A DNA stretch of 17,104 nucleotides from Halalkalibacterium halodurans (GCF_004376175.1 NZ_SNUY01000077.1:1-17104); one strand, 5' to 3'. Numbered from the stretch's first letter, positions 1 through 8,771 are shown. Translations and numbers: made by a program. Notes: generated from the letters alone by a model not told the origin.

Positions 1-293
1 TTTTTATTGAAAACACACGCACACACCTTACATTGATATTGTCCTTTTCCTCCGTTGTTTGCGTACAAATACGCAGAAGGAGCACCACACTTAGGACAAC
101 ACAATGCAGAAGGTACGGGCGTAGAATTGGCTCGACGGCGTACTGGTTTTAACGGTTTTCCTTTTGATTGAAGATATTCCGTTAATAAAAGCTGATAATC
201 GAGCTTTTCTACCTTTTCAATGATAGGTAAATCATCAATTTGAAGCTTTCGATAAGGCTGATTAACAGGAGCTTCTTTGGGTTTATCGAACAT
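1..293 (-). CDS. Partial CDS (N-terminus only, continues past window start): zinc-ribbon protein, probably an IS transposase
   Basis: Manual reverse translation from ATG at 293..291 gives MFDKPKEAPVNQPYRKLQIDDLPIIEKVEKLDYQLLLTEYLQSKGKPLKPVRRRANSTPVPSALCCPKCGAPSAYLYANNGGKGQYQCKVCACVFNK. The frame stays open to base 1. The CPKC-N18-CKVC ribbon resembles N-terminal zinc ribbons of IS1/IS1595-type transposases. Absent from the ORF track because it leaves the window. Family not identified. Confidence 0.4.
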   Translation of the reverse strand, partial: MFDKPKEAPVNQPYRKLQIDDLPIIEKVEKLDYQLLLTEYLQSKGKPLKPVRRRANSTPVPSALCCPKCGAPSAYLYANNGGKGQYQCKVCACVFNK

Positions 294-548
294 GCTTTTT
301 CCAATCAATAGAGTAAGCAAAGTTCGAATAATTTGTTCTTGATAGTTTATAAAAGTTAATAAATAGGTTATAATTTGAGGGTACAAATTGTCACTTCCTT
401 TTCTGGAATTGGGTGTTTGGTAACCTCAATTATCTACAGAAATCAGGGAGTGGCAATTTTTTTGCTTATAAAGCCCTCTAACATAGGATTTAATAGCCTG
501 TTTTATATAAAGTTTTGACAATACGATTCAATAAGGGGGGGAACGTAA

Positions 549-923
549 ATGATTCCTGGAGAAGTGATTCCGGCGAATGGAGAGGTTGTCCTTAATAAAG
601 GAAGACGGATGGTAAAAGTCCTTGTGGCTCATACGGGTGATCGCCCAATTCAAGTAGGGTCCCACTTTCATTTTGCTGAAGTGAACCGTTCCCTCCACTT
701 TGATCGCCAAGAAGCATTCGGGATGCGGTTGAATATTGCCGCTGGTACGGCGGTACGCTTTGAACCTGGTGAAGAAAAAGAGGTGGATCTTGTTGAAATC
801 GGAGGAAAACGCCAAATCTACGGGCTAAATGGGTGGACAGACGGTGCCATTGACGATGAGAATCTTCCTTCCTTTTTGGCCTCCTATCAAGTAAGTGAAG
901 ACAAGGAGGATGAGGAAAAGTGA
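549..923 (+). CDS. ureB: Urease subunit beta
   Basis: 124-aa ORF beginning MIPGEV...[19 protein letters not shown], typical of UreB. G-rich SD (AAGGGGGGG) upstream. The stop overlaps the ureC start (GTGA). Confidence 0.95.
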   Translation: MIPGEVIPANGEVVLNKGRRMVKVLVAHTGDRPIQVGSHFHFAEVNRSLHFDRQEAFGMRLNIAAGTAVRFEPGEEKEVDLVEIGGKRQIYGLNGWTDGAIDDENLPSFLASYQVSEDKEDEEK

Positions 924-2635
924 AGCTAACACGTGCCCAATATGCTTCCCTCTATGGCCCAACCGTAGGTGATAAAGTCCGTTTGGCAGATACTGATTTA
1001 TTGTTAGAGATTGAAAAAGATTATACCGTCTATGGCGATGAGTGCAAATTTGGCGGCGGTAAGGTGCTGCGCGATGGCATGGGGCAAAGTGCTGTTTATA
1101 CGCGGGATGAAGGTGTGCTTGACCTGATTATTACGAATGCCACGATTATTGATTACACAGGGATTGTGAAAGCCGATATTGGCATTAAAGATGGACACAT
1201 TGTCGGGATTGGCAAGGGTGGGAACCCTGACATCATGGATGGGGTGGAATCACATATGATCGTAGGTGCGAGCACCGAGGCGATTGCAGGCGAAGGGCTC
1301 ATCGTCACAGCAGGCGGAATTGACGCTCATATTCATTTTATTAGCCCGCAGCAAATCGACGTAGCCATTGCCTCGGGTATCACGACGATGCTCGGCGGTG
1401 GAACAGGGCCTGCCACAGGAACAAAGGCGACGACTTGCACGCCAGGTAAATGGAATATTGAACGGATGCTTGAGGCGGCAGATGCATTTCCGGTGAATCT
1501 AGGCTTTTTAGGAAAAGGAAATGCGTCCACACCAGCACCGTTGCGAGAGCAAATTGAAGCAGGCGCTATCGGCTTAAAGCTTCATGAGGATTGGGGCACG
1601 ACCCCTGCGGCGATTCGCACTTGTTTATCCGTTGCCGATCGGATGGATGTCCAAGTGGCGATACATACAGACACGTTGAATGAGGCGGGGTTTGTTGAGG
1701 ATACGATCAAAGCCATTGGCGATCGTGTCATCCATACGTACCACACGGAAGGGGCGGGCGGTGGACATGCCCCAGATATTATGAAGGTGGCTGGATTGCC
1801 CAATGTTCTACCATCCTCCACAAACCCGACTCGCCCATTTACCGTGAATACGATTGATGAGCATTTAGACATGCTGATGGTTTGCCACCACCTCGACCCA
1901 AATGTACCGGAGGATGTAGCGTTTGCTGATTCCCGTATTCGGCCGGAAACGATTGCAGCGGAGGATATTTTGCAAGACTTAGGTGTGATCAGCATGATCT
2001 CCTCCGATTCACAAGCGATGGGGCGCGTAGGGGAAGTCATTATTCGCACGTGGCAAACCGCAGACAAAATGAAAAAACAGCGCGGCGCATTAGCTGAAGA
2101 TCAAGGAAAAGGAAATGATAATGTGCGCATTAAGCGCTATGTGTCCAAATATACGATTAACCCGGCGATTACTCACGGCATAGACGATTACGTGGGCTCT
2201 GTAGAAGTGGGGAAGCTAGCCGATCTCGTCTTATGGGATCCGCGATTCTTTGGGGTGAAGCCAGAGCTCATTTTAAAAGGCGGGCTTATTGCCTACAGTC
2301 AAATGGGAGATCCAAACGCATCGATCCCAACGCCGCAGCCTGTGTTTTCACGTCCCATGTTCGGTAGCTTTGGTCGCGCACGAGGGACGACGTCTATTAC
2401 GTTTTTATCAAAAGCGGCCATGGATCTCGGGGTTCACGAAGCACTCGGGCTACAAAAGAAAATCGCCCACGTTAAAAATTGCCGTTCCATTAGCAAACGA
2501 TCAATGAAATACAATGACGCTACACCGAATATTGAGATTGATCCAGAAACCTACGAGGTAAAGGTGGACGGGGAAATGATCACATGTAAACCCTTTGAGG
2601 AAGTCGCGCTCGCCCAACGCTATTTTTTATTTTAG
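920..2635 (+). CDS. ureC: Urease subunit alpha (catalytic, Ni-dependent)
   Basis: 571 aa with the hallmark motifs [22 protein letters not shown] (carbamylated Lys), MVCHHL and [15 protein letters not shown] start with AAGGAGGA SD at 903-910. Confidence 0.97.
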   Translation: MKLTRAQYASLYGPTVGDKVRLADTDLLLEIEKDYTVYGDECKFGGGKVLRDGMGQSAVYTRDEGVLDLIITNATIIDYTGIVKADIGIKDGHIVGIGKGGNPDIMDGVESHMIVGASTEAIAGEGLIVTAGGIDAHIHFISPQQIDVAIASGITTMLGGGTGPATGTKATTCTPGKWNIERMLEAADAFPVNLGFLGKGNASTPAPLREQIEAGAIGLKLHEDWGTTPAAIRTCLSVADRMDVQVAIHTDTLNEAGFVEDTIKAIGDRVIHTYHTEGAGGGHAPDIMKVAGLPNVLPSSTNPTRPFTVNTIDEHLDMLMVCHHLDPNVPEDVAFADSRIRPETIAAEDILQDLGVISMISSDSQAMGRVGEVIIRTWQTADKMKKQRGALAEDQGKGNDNVRIKRYVSKYTINPAITHGIDDYVGSVEVGKLADLVLWDPRFFGVKPELILKGGLIAYSQMGDPNASIPTPQPVFSRPMFGSFGRARGTTSITFLSKAAMDLGVHEALGLQKKIAHVKNCRSISKRSMKYNDATPNIEIDPETYEVKVDGEMITCKPFEEVALAQRYFLF

Positions 2636-2656
2636 TAAGGTAAGGGAGGAACAGGC

Positions 2657-3103
2657 ATGTACGTGCATTCAGTAATCGGAAACATTGAAGCAAAGACACC
2701 TACGAAAACCATTGAATGGATTGAACTCGATTGGGACGAATTAAATAAACGGATTTTACGAAAGACGACGGATCATGGCAGAGAAGTGGCGATTGTCATG
2801 GAAGAGCAAGGATTGACATTTGGAGACATTCTGTATGAGGGAGAAGACGTTGCCATTGCTGTACGTACAAAGCTTGAACCAGCGTTTGTCATCCGTCCGA
2901 AAACGATGAAGGAAATGGGGAAAACGGCGTTTGAACTCGGGAATCGGCATACACCTTGCCTTGTTGAAAATGATGAAATTTATGTCCGATATGATTCCAC
3001 GTTGGCGGCTCTATTTAATGAAATTGGGGTGAACTATGAACAAACGGAGAAACGGTTTAAGCAGCCGTTCAAGTACAAAGGGCATCACCACCATCACGAT
3101 TGA
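2657..3103 (+). CDS. ureE: Urease accessory protein UreE (Ni metallochaperone) with C-terminal His tail
   Basis: 148 aa. Sits after ureC, contains GNRH, and has a C-terminal KGHHHHHD tail typical of His-rich UreE. SD is AAGGGAGGA. Confidence 0.9.
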   Translation: MYVHSVIGNIEAKTPTKTIEWIELDWDELNKRILRKTTDHGREVAIVMEEQGLTFGDILYEGEDVAIAVRTKLEPAFVIRPKTMKEMGKTAFELGNRHTPCLVENDEIYVRYDSTLAALFNEIGVNYEQTEKRFKQPFKYKGHHHHHD

Positions 3104-3791
3104 TCCGCTCACGCTCGTCGAAATGATGCACATCCATGATTCGGCATTCCCAATCGGAGGATACACTCATTCTTTTGGGCTTGAGACGTATATTCAGCGT
3201 GACATCGTAAAGGACGAAAACTCTTTGATTCAGTGGTGTCGTACCTATTTGTATGACAATCTTGGCTATGGGGATGGAATTTTACTGAAGGAGACACTCG
3301 AAGTCCTCAAAAAATCAGGCTCTTTAGCCGCAATAATCGAGATTGATCGGCTCGCCCACGCGCAAAAGCTTGCACGGGAATCACGGGAAGGTAGCTTGAA
3401 AATGGGACGGCAGTTTTTGCAGACGGTGCTGTCGTTACAAGAAGACGAGTCGCTATCACAATGGGCCCAGCTCATACGAGCGAAGGAAGCCCACGGTCAT
3501 TACGCTACAACGTATGGTGTTTTCTCCTATACGAGGGCGTATCCTGATCAAATGACAATGATCGCCTTTCTTTATTCATCGGTTGCTAATCTCGTCCACA
3601 ATGCTGTGCGAGCCATTCCTCTCGGTCAGTCAACAGGGGTGCGCGTCATTCACCAGTTGCACGAGGATTGCTTATATGTGGCCCAGCAGGTGGTGGCCCG
3701 GAGCTTGAACGATTTATCAAACCACGCAATTGGGATTGAGTTAGCGTCGATGGAGCATGAGCACTTACATTCACGGTTGTTTATTTCATAA
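3036..3791 (+). CDS. ureF: Urease accessory protein UreF (start uncertain)
   Basis: Contains the [18 protein letters not shown] motif typical of UreF. ATG 3036 has a GGGGTGA SD but overlaps ureE by 68 nt. The alternative ATG at 3123 has no SD and would leave only 5 aa before the conserved DS motif. Confidence 0.85.
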   Translation: MNKRRNGLSSRSSTKGITTITIDPLTLVEMMHIHDSAFPIGGYTHSFGLETYIQRDIVKDENSLIQWCRTYLYDNLGYGDGILLKETLEVLKKSGSLAAIIEIDRLAHAQKLARESREGSLKMGRQFLQTVLSLQEDESLSQWAQLIRAKEAHGHYATTYGVFSYTRAYPDQMTMIAFLYSSVANLVHNAVRAIPLGQSTGVRVIHQLHEDCLYVAQQVVARSLNDLSNHAIGIELASMEHEHLHSRLFIS

Positions 3792-3814
3792 GTAGATACG
3801 AAAGGATGGTATAT

Positions 3815-4441
3815 ATGAAGCCCATTCGGATTGGAATCGGCGGGCCTGTCGGCTCAGGGAAAACCCATCTGGTCGAGCAATTAACGCGAGCGATGCATGA
3901 AAGCTATGAGCTTGCTGTCATTACAAACGATATATATACGAAGGAAGATGCTCAGTTTTTAGTGAAGCATGGTGTTTTACCGGAAGATCGTATCATCGGT
4001 GTGGAAACAGGAGGGTGTCCCCATACGGCGATTAGGGAAGATGCCTCAATGAATTTTGAAGCGATCCATGAATTGAAGCAGCGGTTTACCAACCTTGATA
4101 TTATTTTTGTTGAGAGCGGAGGCGATAATTTATCAGCTACCTTCAGCCCCGAACTTGTGGACGGCTTTATTTATGTCATTGATGTGGCGGAAGGGCAAGA
4201 CATCCCGCGCAAAGGAGGCCCTGGGGTTACACGTTCGGATTTGCTTGTGATCAATAAAATAGACCTAGCTCCGTATGTTGAAGTCGATCTAGATATCATG
4301 GAAGAGGATGCAAAGCAGGCTCGAGGAGAAAGACCGTTCGTGTTTACCGACCAGAAGCGAGGAAAAGGCATCGAGACCATTATCGACTGGATTAAACGAG
4401 AACTGTTGTTAGAAGACATGGTAAAGGAGCCTTCCGTGTGA
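3815..4441 (+). CDS. ureG: Urease accessory GTPase UreG
   Basis: P-loop [16 protein letters not shown] and NKIDL motifs. I prefer ATG 3815 (MKPIRIG), which lies 8 nt after AAAGGA, over the ORF-track start at 3806, which sits inside the SD. Confidence 0.95.
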   Translation: MKPIRIGIGGPVGSGKTHLVEQLTRAMHESYELAVITNDIYTKEDAQFLVKHGVLPEDRIIGVETGGCPHTAIREDASMNFEAIHELKQRFTNLDIIFVESGGDNLSATFSPELVDGFIYVIDVAEGQDIPRKGGPGVTRSDLLVINKIDLAPYVEVDLDIMEEDAKQARGERPFVFTDQKRGKGIETIIDWIKRELLLEDMVKEPSV

Positions 4442-5253
4442 GGGCTTCTTCTCATTTACCTCAGCTTCATGGGCGGCTTGACCTTACGTTTGAACGCCGC
4501 CGTGGAACAACAAGGTTAGTCGCTTCCGAACAAACCCCTCCTCTTAATGTAAGTCGCGTATTAAGAACAGAGGAAGTTGACCTTGCAACGGTTTATCTAG
4601 TGGAAACATCTGGGGGAGTGGTCAGTGGTGATTCTCAAACGATCGCCATTTACGTCGGTGAAGGAGCGAGGGTGGAGTTGATCCCTCAGTCGGCAACGAA
4701 GGTGTATCCTTCCCGTAAGCAAGGCGAGAGCTCAACACAGCAAGTATGGTTGCGAGTCGATGAAGGAGCGGCTGCCTTTTGGAAGCCAGAGTCGATCATA
4801 CCGTTTCGAAAGGCATCCTTTCTACAAAGCACACGGTTTCATCTCCATTCCTCCTCTACTTTTTTTTACGGTGATATGTTGACGCCAGGTAGGGTTCACC
4901 ATAATGAAAGGTTTCAATACGAACAAGTGGATAGTCTTGTGGAAATCTATCTTGATGAAACATTAGTAGTGCACGATCGGGTTCACTTGCAACCGAAGGA
5001 TCAATTACAGACGATCGGTCGACTTGATGGCTACTCGTATTATGGTGCTGTGTGGATGCATGCTCCGATCCTAAAGGGGGCGCACTTGGAACAGTGGATG
5101 GAAAATGGAGGGCAGAACGATCGGTTTGCATATACGTGTGTCGCTGAAGGTCTTATTCACGTCCGATGGCTTAGTGAAAGTAGCTGGCGCTTGCGAGCAG
5201 CGTTGAATGATTTGTATACGGCATTTCGAACATTTGCTTTAAAAGGAGAATAA
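4438..5253 (+). CDS. ureD: Urease accessory protein UreD/UreH
   Basis: 271 aa in the last accessory position. GTG start overlaps the ureG stop (GTGA) and is preceded by AAGGAG. Assignment rests mainly on synteny, size and a UreD-like N-terminus (LDL.F.....T.L). Confidence 0.8.
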   Translation: MRASSHLPQLHGRLDLTFERRRGTTRLVASEQTPPLNVSRVLRTEEVDLATVYLVETSGGVVSGDSQTIAIYVGEGARVELIPQSATKVYPSRKQGESSTQQVWLRVDEGAAAFWKPESIIPFRKASFLQSTRFHLHSSSTFFYGDMLTPGRVHHNERFQYEQVDSLVEIYLDETLVVHDRVHLQPKDQLQTIGRLDGYSYYGAVWMHAPILKGAHLEQWMENGGQNDRFAYTCVAEGLIHVRWLSESSWRLRAALNDLYTAFRTFALKGE

Positions 5254-5255
5254 CT

Positions 5256-6230
5256 ATGCGACGATGGTTGGTCATATGGGCAAGTATGATGTTCCTTTGC
5301 GCTTGTGGGACGCAGGAAACAGATTCTTCCCCACTGGTGGGGGAACAAGAGAGTAAGCATAGGGTCAACGATCAAAAACAGCTTACAGAGACAGGTGAGC
5401 CTCTTCTGATATACACCACCGTTTTCGTTCTCGAAGACTTTATTAAAAAAATAGGCGGGGACCATGTGGAAGTGAAAAACTTGATCCCAATTGGCGTAGA
5501 TGCTCACACCTATGAACCTTCCGTTCGGGAAATGATTGCTGTTGCAGAGAGCGATGGGTTCTTCTATAGTGGCGGTGGTATGGAAGGTTTTATTGAATCG
5601 ATGATGCATAGCTTGCGAGATGAGAAAGTGCCAATGTTTGAGGCCTCTGAAGGAGTTGAATTTATCGGTGGAGGGCACGATCACCATCACGATCACCATC
5701 ACGGAGATCGAGACCCTCATGTTTGGATTGACCCGATTCGAGCCATTCAGTTGGCGCGAAACGTAAAGGCTGGCTTGCAGCAGTTAAAGCCAGAGGCAAG
5801 CGAAGCATTTGAAAAAAACTTCGAACAATTAGTCGAGCAGTTAGAAGCGCTAGATCAATCCTTTCTTGACATGACCGAATCTGCTGAACGAAGGATGTTT
5901 CTCGTAGCCCATGCTGGTTATACGTATTGGGAGGAACGCTATGGACTGGAGCAAGTAGCGATTACAGGCTTTTCCCCGATGAATGAACCATCGCTGCAAC
6001 AAGTAAAAGAGCTAATTGAATTTGCTGAGGAGCACGACCTTTCTCACATCGGGTTTGAGAGAAACTATAAGATTCCGATTGCAGAGAAGCTCATGGAAGA
6101 GTTAGGCGGTGAGGCGGTCTACTTTAATAATTTGGAAAATGTCGTCCAAACCGAAAGGGACAAAGGATTCGATTACTTTGACCTAATGGAGCAAAATGTG
6201 AAGACTTTAGAGCGGTTGTTGAATGAATAG
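5256..6230 (+). CDS. Cluster A-I metal ABC substrate-binding lipoprotein, ZnuA/AdcA-like, with His-rich loop
   Basis: Signal peptide with lipobox (MMFLCAC|G). Metal-ligand motifs are DAHTYEPS, DPHVWIDP and VAHAGYTYW, a three-His Zn-type set. Loop is GGGHDHHHDHHHGD. AAGGAG SD lies 7 nt upstream, and the ATG is 2 nt after the ureD stop. Confidence 0.85.
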   Translation: MRRWLVIWASMMFLCACGTQETDSSPLVGEQESKHRVNDQKQLTETGEPLLIYTTVFVLEDFIKKIGGDHVEVKNLIPIGVDAHTYEPSVREMIAVAESDGFFYSGGGMEGFIESMMHSLRDEKVPMFEASEGVEFIGGGHDHHHDHHHGDRDPHVWIDPIRAIQLARNVKAGLQQLKPEASEAFEKNFEQLVEQLEALDQSFLDMTESAERRMFLVAHAGYTYWEERYGLEQVAITGFSPMNEPSLQQVKELIEFAEEHDLSHIGFERNYKIPIAEKLMEELGGEAVYFNNLENVVQTERDKGFDYFDLMEQNVKTLERLLNE

Positions 6231-6329
6231 CGTTCTGGATTTGATAAAATGAAAACTAGAGTATAAGAAAGCGATCACTTCCGCCATGAGACTCGTAGCT
6301 AAATCAAGTTATTCTGGAAAATTTATCGG

Positions 6330-6745
6330 TTGAACTACACGGTGCTGAAGCTCTTGTTTTTCCCGCAGGCGTCGCGTGATTTTGGCCATGAATATGGTTC
6401 AAGTCATTGTGGCTTTAAACGAACATTTCATGGAGCAAAATGTGAAGATGGTACAGGTTGCCCATTCCGAACGCAATGCACCGAAGCAAAGGAAGGAAAC
6501 CAGATGAAAATCTTAGTCAATGAATAATGGGAACAACAAAGGAAAAAGATTCAGCAATTGCTTTCAGTCGAGAAAACGGGGAAGGAATCTATGGTCAGTG
6601 TAAAGTGGACGTAGAACTAGTTTTTGGCTATCCGAAGGCTCATTTGCGTTTCACTCGAATGTCCGTCAGGGCCAACGAGACCTGCAGAAATGAATAAGGG
6701 TTTGCCTTTATGTCCGTGTACTGACGAAAGTGCACGGCCATAAAG
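6330..6745 (+). pseudogene. IS1182-family transposase, C-terminal remnant (frameshifted, with internal stops)
   Basis: Across shifting frames I read ...KCEDGTGCPFRTQCTEAKEGNQMKILVNE*WEQQRKKIQQLLSVEKTGK, then IYGQCKVDVELVFGYPKAHLRFTRMSVRANETCRNE*GFAFMSV..RKCTA. As I recall it, this follows the conserved C-terminal layout of IS1182/IS660-type transposases (C..C-PLR.QCTKAK, WE..K, G..IY..RK.DVEPVFG..K....F.RF..RG..KV..E......A.NL.K). There is no N-terminal part and no intact frame. Confidence 0.6.
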
Positions 6746-6902
6746 GCCAATCAAACAACCGACCGTCCCTTGAAGCAACAGAAAAAGATGTGGACTATAA
6801 AAATAAAATGATCGGATCTTCCTTATTACGTTTGGCTAGTTATGCCCGAGTCTCTTAGGCATGTGAACATTTAGCGGCTCTTTCTAACAGTTAATCGTTA
6901 AA

Positions 6903-7139
6903 TCATTTAACCTTCACTTGTAACGGAATTTTACCTCGTTTACCTGAGAGGATCTCATCTCTTGTAAGGCCTGTGACCGCTGCAGTTAGCTGCACGTCAA
7001 CACCATAGTCTAGCATCCGTTCAGCAATTTGTAGCGTCGTGTCTTGTTTGGCTTGATATCGAACAGTTTCAAGCAATGATAAGAGCTCTTTTTCGTAAGC
7101 ATCTGCGGAAGGATATCCTTTTTCGGTCAACCCCATCAC
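6903..7139 (-). CDS. Small hypothetical protein, possibly a C-terminal remnant of an Rpn/YhgA-type PD-(D/E)XK transposase-like nuclease
   Basis: 78-aa ORF. The motif ...LQIAERMLDYGVDVQLTAAVTGLTRDEI resembles the repeated IA..ML..G......A..TGL....I tail of Rpn-family proteins. SD is weak or mis-spaced, the start is GTG/ATG, and there is an in-frame stop 6 codons upstream. Confidence 0.3.
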   Translation of the reverse strand: MMGLTEKGYPSADAYEKELLSLLETVRYQAKQDTTLQIAERMLDYGVDVQLTAAVTGLTRDEILSGKRGKIPLQVKVK

Positions 7140-7287
7140 CCCGAACGTACATTCTTATTAATACTATCGTAATGGGGATGATTTAAAAAAACAAGGGTAA
7201 AAAATGGATAAAATATAGTTTTATTCTCATAGGCCTTGATCTTTCGAGGATAAAAAAATTTCGAAAAATAGAATTTCGAAAAAGGGG

Positions 7288-7316
7288 TTGATCAAAGGAG
7301 AGAATTTTTATATAAT
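7288..7316 (+). promoter_or_regulatory. SigA-type promoter of the tRNA operon
   Basis: TTGATC (7288-7293), 17-bp spacer, TATAAT (7311-7316). An A/T-rich UP-like region upstream carries AATTTCGAAAAA twice (7257-7268 and 7272-7283). Confidence 0.65.
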
Positions 7317-7356
7317 ACTTTTTGTCAACATGGATGGACATGTTGATGGAAACTGT

Positions 7357-7431
7357 GGCCCGTTGGTCAAGTGGTTAAGACACCGCCCTTTCACGGCGGT
7401 AACACGGGTTCGAATCCCGTACGGGTCACCA
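7357..7431 (+). tRNA. tRNA-Glu (UUC)
   Basis: GGCCCGTTGGTCAAGTGGTTAAGACACCGCCCTTTCACGGCGGTAACACGGGTTCGAATCCCGTACGGGTCACCA. Cloverleaf folds, anticodon loop is CTTTCAC, CCA is encoded. Confidence 0.95.
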
Positions 7432-7524
7432 TTATTTTTTGGATGGATGAAGTTACACTTACTTTTTAAAAAGAAGGCATGCTAAAGGCGCAACGTCCTA
7501 TTGCAACGCATGCTCCTGTACGTT

Positions 7525-7600
7525 GGAGGATTAGCTCAGCTGGGAGAGCACCTGCCTTACAAGCAGGGGGTCGGCAGTTCGATCCTGTCATCCTCCACCA
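7525..7600 (+). tRNA. tRNA-Val (UAC)
   Basis: GGAGGATTAGCTCAGCTGGGAGAGCACCTGCCTTACAAGCAGG...TCCTCCACCA. Anticodon loop is CTTACAA, CCA is encoded. Confidence 0.95.
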
Positions 7601-7628
7601 TATTTTTGATTGAAGGGTCTGTCCTTTT

Positions 7629-7928
<300 letters not shown>

Positions 7929-7949
7929 TTTTAAAAAGCACGCTTCGAT

Positions 7950-8034
7950 GGAGGGGTAGCGAAGTGGCTAAACGCGGCGGACTGTAAATCCGCTCCCTCA
8001 GGGTTCGGCGGTTCGAATCCGTCCCCCTCCACCA
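7950..8034 (+). tRNA. tRNA-Tyr (GUA), long variable arm
   Basis: GGAGGGGTAGCGAAGTGGCTAAACGCGGCGGACTGTAAATCCGC...CCCCTCCACCA. Anticodon loop is CTGTAAA. Confidence 0.95.
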
Positions 8035-8042
8035 TGGATTGA

Positions 8043-8117
8043 TGGGCTATAGCCAAGCGGTAAGGCAACGGACTTTGACTCCGTGATGCGCTGGTTCGAA
8101 TCCAGCTAGCCCAGCCA
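8043..8117 (+). tRNA. tRNA-Gln (UUG)
   Basis: TGGGCTATAGCCAAGCGGTAAGGCAACGGACTTTGACTCCGT...AGCCCAGCCA. Anticodon loop is CTTTGAC. Confidence 0.95.
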
Positions 8118-8180
8118 TTTTTCCTTATATTCGTTTGATCGTTTCAACCGATTGGGATGAAAATGATCTTTTTTGTTTTA

Positions 8181-8256
8181 GAGCCATTAGCTCAGTTGGT
8201 AGAGCATCTGACTTTTAATCAGAGGGTCGAAGGTTCGAGTCCTTCATGGCTCACCA
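8181..8256 (+). tRNA. tRNA-Lys (UUU)
   Basis: GAGCCATTAGCTCAGTTGGTAGAGCATCTGACTTTTAATCAGAGG...TGGCTCACCA. Anticodon loop is CTTTTAA. Confidence 0.95.
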
Positions 8257-8263
8257 TGTCATT

Positions 8264-8338
8264 GCGGAAGTAGTTCAGTGGTAGAACACCACCTTGCCAA
8301 GGTGGGGGTCGCGGGTTCGAATCCCGTCTTCCGCTCCA
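8264..8338 (+). tRNA. tRNA-Gly (GCC)
   Basis: GCGGAAGTAGTTCAGTGGTAGAACACCACCTTGCCAAGGTGG...CTTCCGCTCCA. Anticodon loop is CTTGCCAA. Confidence 0.95.
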
Positions 8339-8343
8339 AAAAA

Positions 8344-8419
8344 GGGGCCTTAGCTCAGCTGGGAGAGCGCCTGCTTTGCACGCAGGAGGTCAGCGGTTCG
8401 ATCCCGCTAGGCTCCACCA
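8344..8419 (+). tRNA. tRNA-Ala (UGC)
   Basis: GGGGCCTTAGCTCAGCTGGGAGAGCGCCTGCTTTGCACGCAGG...AGGCTCCACCA. The G3:U70 identity pair is present. Confidence 0.95.
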
Positions 8420-8434
8420 TATGTTTATAACGTA

Positions 8435-8464
8435 AGTCTTGGAGGATTGTCCGAGGCTTTTTTG
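8435..8464 (+). terminator. Rho-independent terminator of the tRNA operon
   Basis: Stem AGUCUUGG / CCGAGGCU (8 bp including 2 G-U pairs), 8-nt loop, then TTTTTT. Confidence 0.6.
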
Positions 8465-8469
8465 TCTTG

Positions 8470-8628
8470 CTATTCTTTCGTACGCTCAAATTCGTTTAAG
8501 AGCAAGTCGAGCTTTTGGCTGCATGACACGACAATGTGAGAATGTAATGGGTAATCTTCGCCGAGATCGATTAAAAATTTTCTTATGTGTTCAATCTCAT
8601 GTATAAGCTGTTGCTGAGTTTTCTCCAT
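8470..8628 (-). CDS. Spo0E-family sporulation regulatory phosphatase-like small protein (52 aa)
   Basis: Manual translation gives MEKTQQQLIHEIEHIRKFLIDLGEDYPLHSHIVVSCSQKLDLLLNEFERTKE*. It carries the Spo0E signature SQ.LD.L. embedded in a two-helix pattern. AAGGGAGTGGG SD upstream. Below the ORF-track length cutoff. Confidence 0.65.
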   Translation of the reverse strand: MEKTQQQLIHEIEHIRKFLIDLGEDYPLHSHIVVSCSQKLDLLLNEFERTKE

Positions 8629-8771
8629 TTTACCCACTCCCTTGTGTGATCAAAGTTTTTAAGCCTCTATATATAGTATTCGAAATGGAATGAACATCCC
8701 CTTCTTAAAAATTAAAATGCATTTGAATTCTCTACAAAATTCTATTTCATGGTAAAATAAAATGGAAATCA

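Noticed and set aside
515-520. TTGACA as the -35 of a ureB promoter, or an outward IS promoter
   Set aside because: There is no acceptable -10 at 16-18 bp (GGGGAA), and the ureB ATG is only 29 nt downstream. I found no TnrA-type TGTNA-N7-TNACA site either, since the TGT...ACA at 492-520 has the wrong spacing.
1004-2067. Minus-strand ORFs inside ureC (1004-1198, 1333-1530, 1582-2067) and the plus-strand out-of-frame ORF 2289-2507
   Set aside because: They lie antisense to, or out of frame within, a confidently identified and highly conserved gene. They have no SD and a low-complexity, odd composition. They are typical shadow ORFs.
3080-3100. The HHHHH run at the UreE C-terminus (and the HDHHHDHHH run at 5676-5705) as engineered His-tags or cloning artefacts
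   Set aside because: His-rich tails are native to many UreE proteins, and His-rich loops are native to ZnuA-type proteins. Codon usage is mixed (CAT/CAC) and there is no vector-like flanking sequence.
5157-5720. 187-aa minus-strand ORF antisense to the metal-binding lipoprotein gene, and 5171-5368
   Set aside because: A shadow ORF. The His-rich loop read in reverse gives the VMVIVMVIV run. No SD and no recognisable motifs.
8135-8164. An internal promoter in the Gln-Lys tRNA spacer (TTGATC-N17/18-GAAAAT)
   Set aside because: The -10 matches only 4 of 6 positions and there is no extended TG. The spacer is more simply a processed intergenic region.
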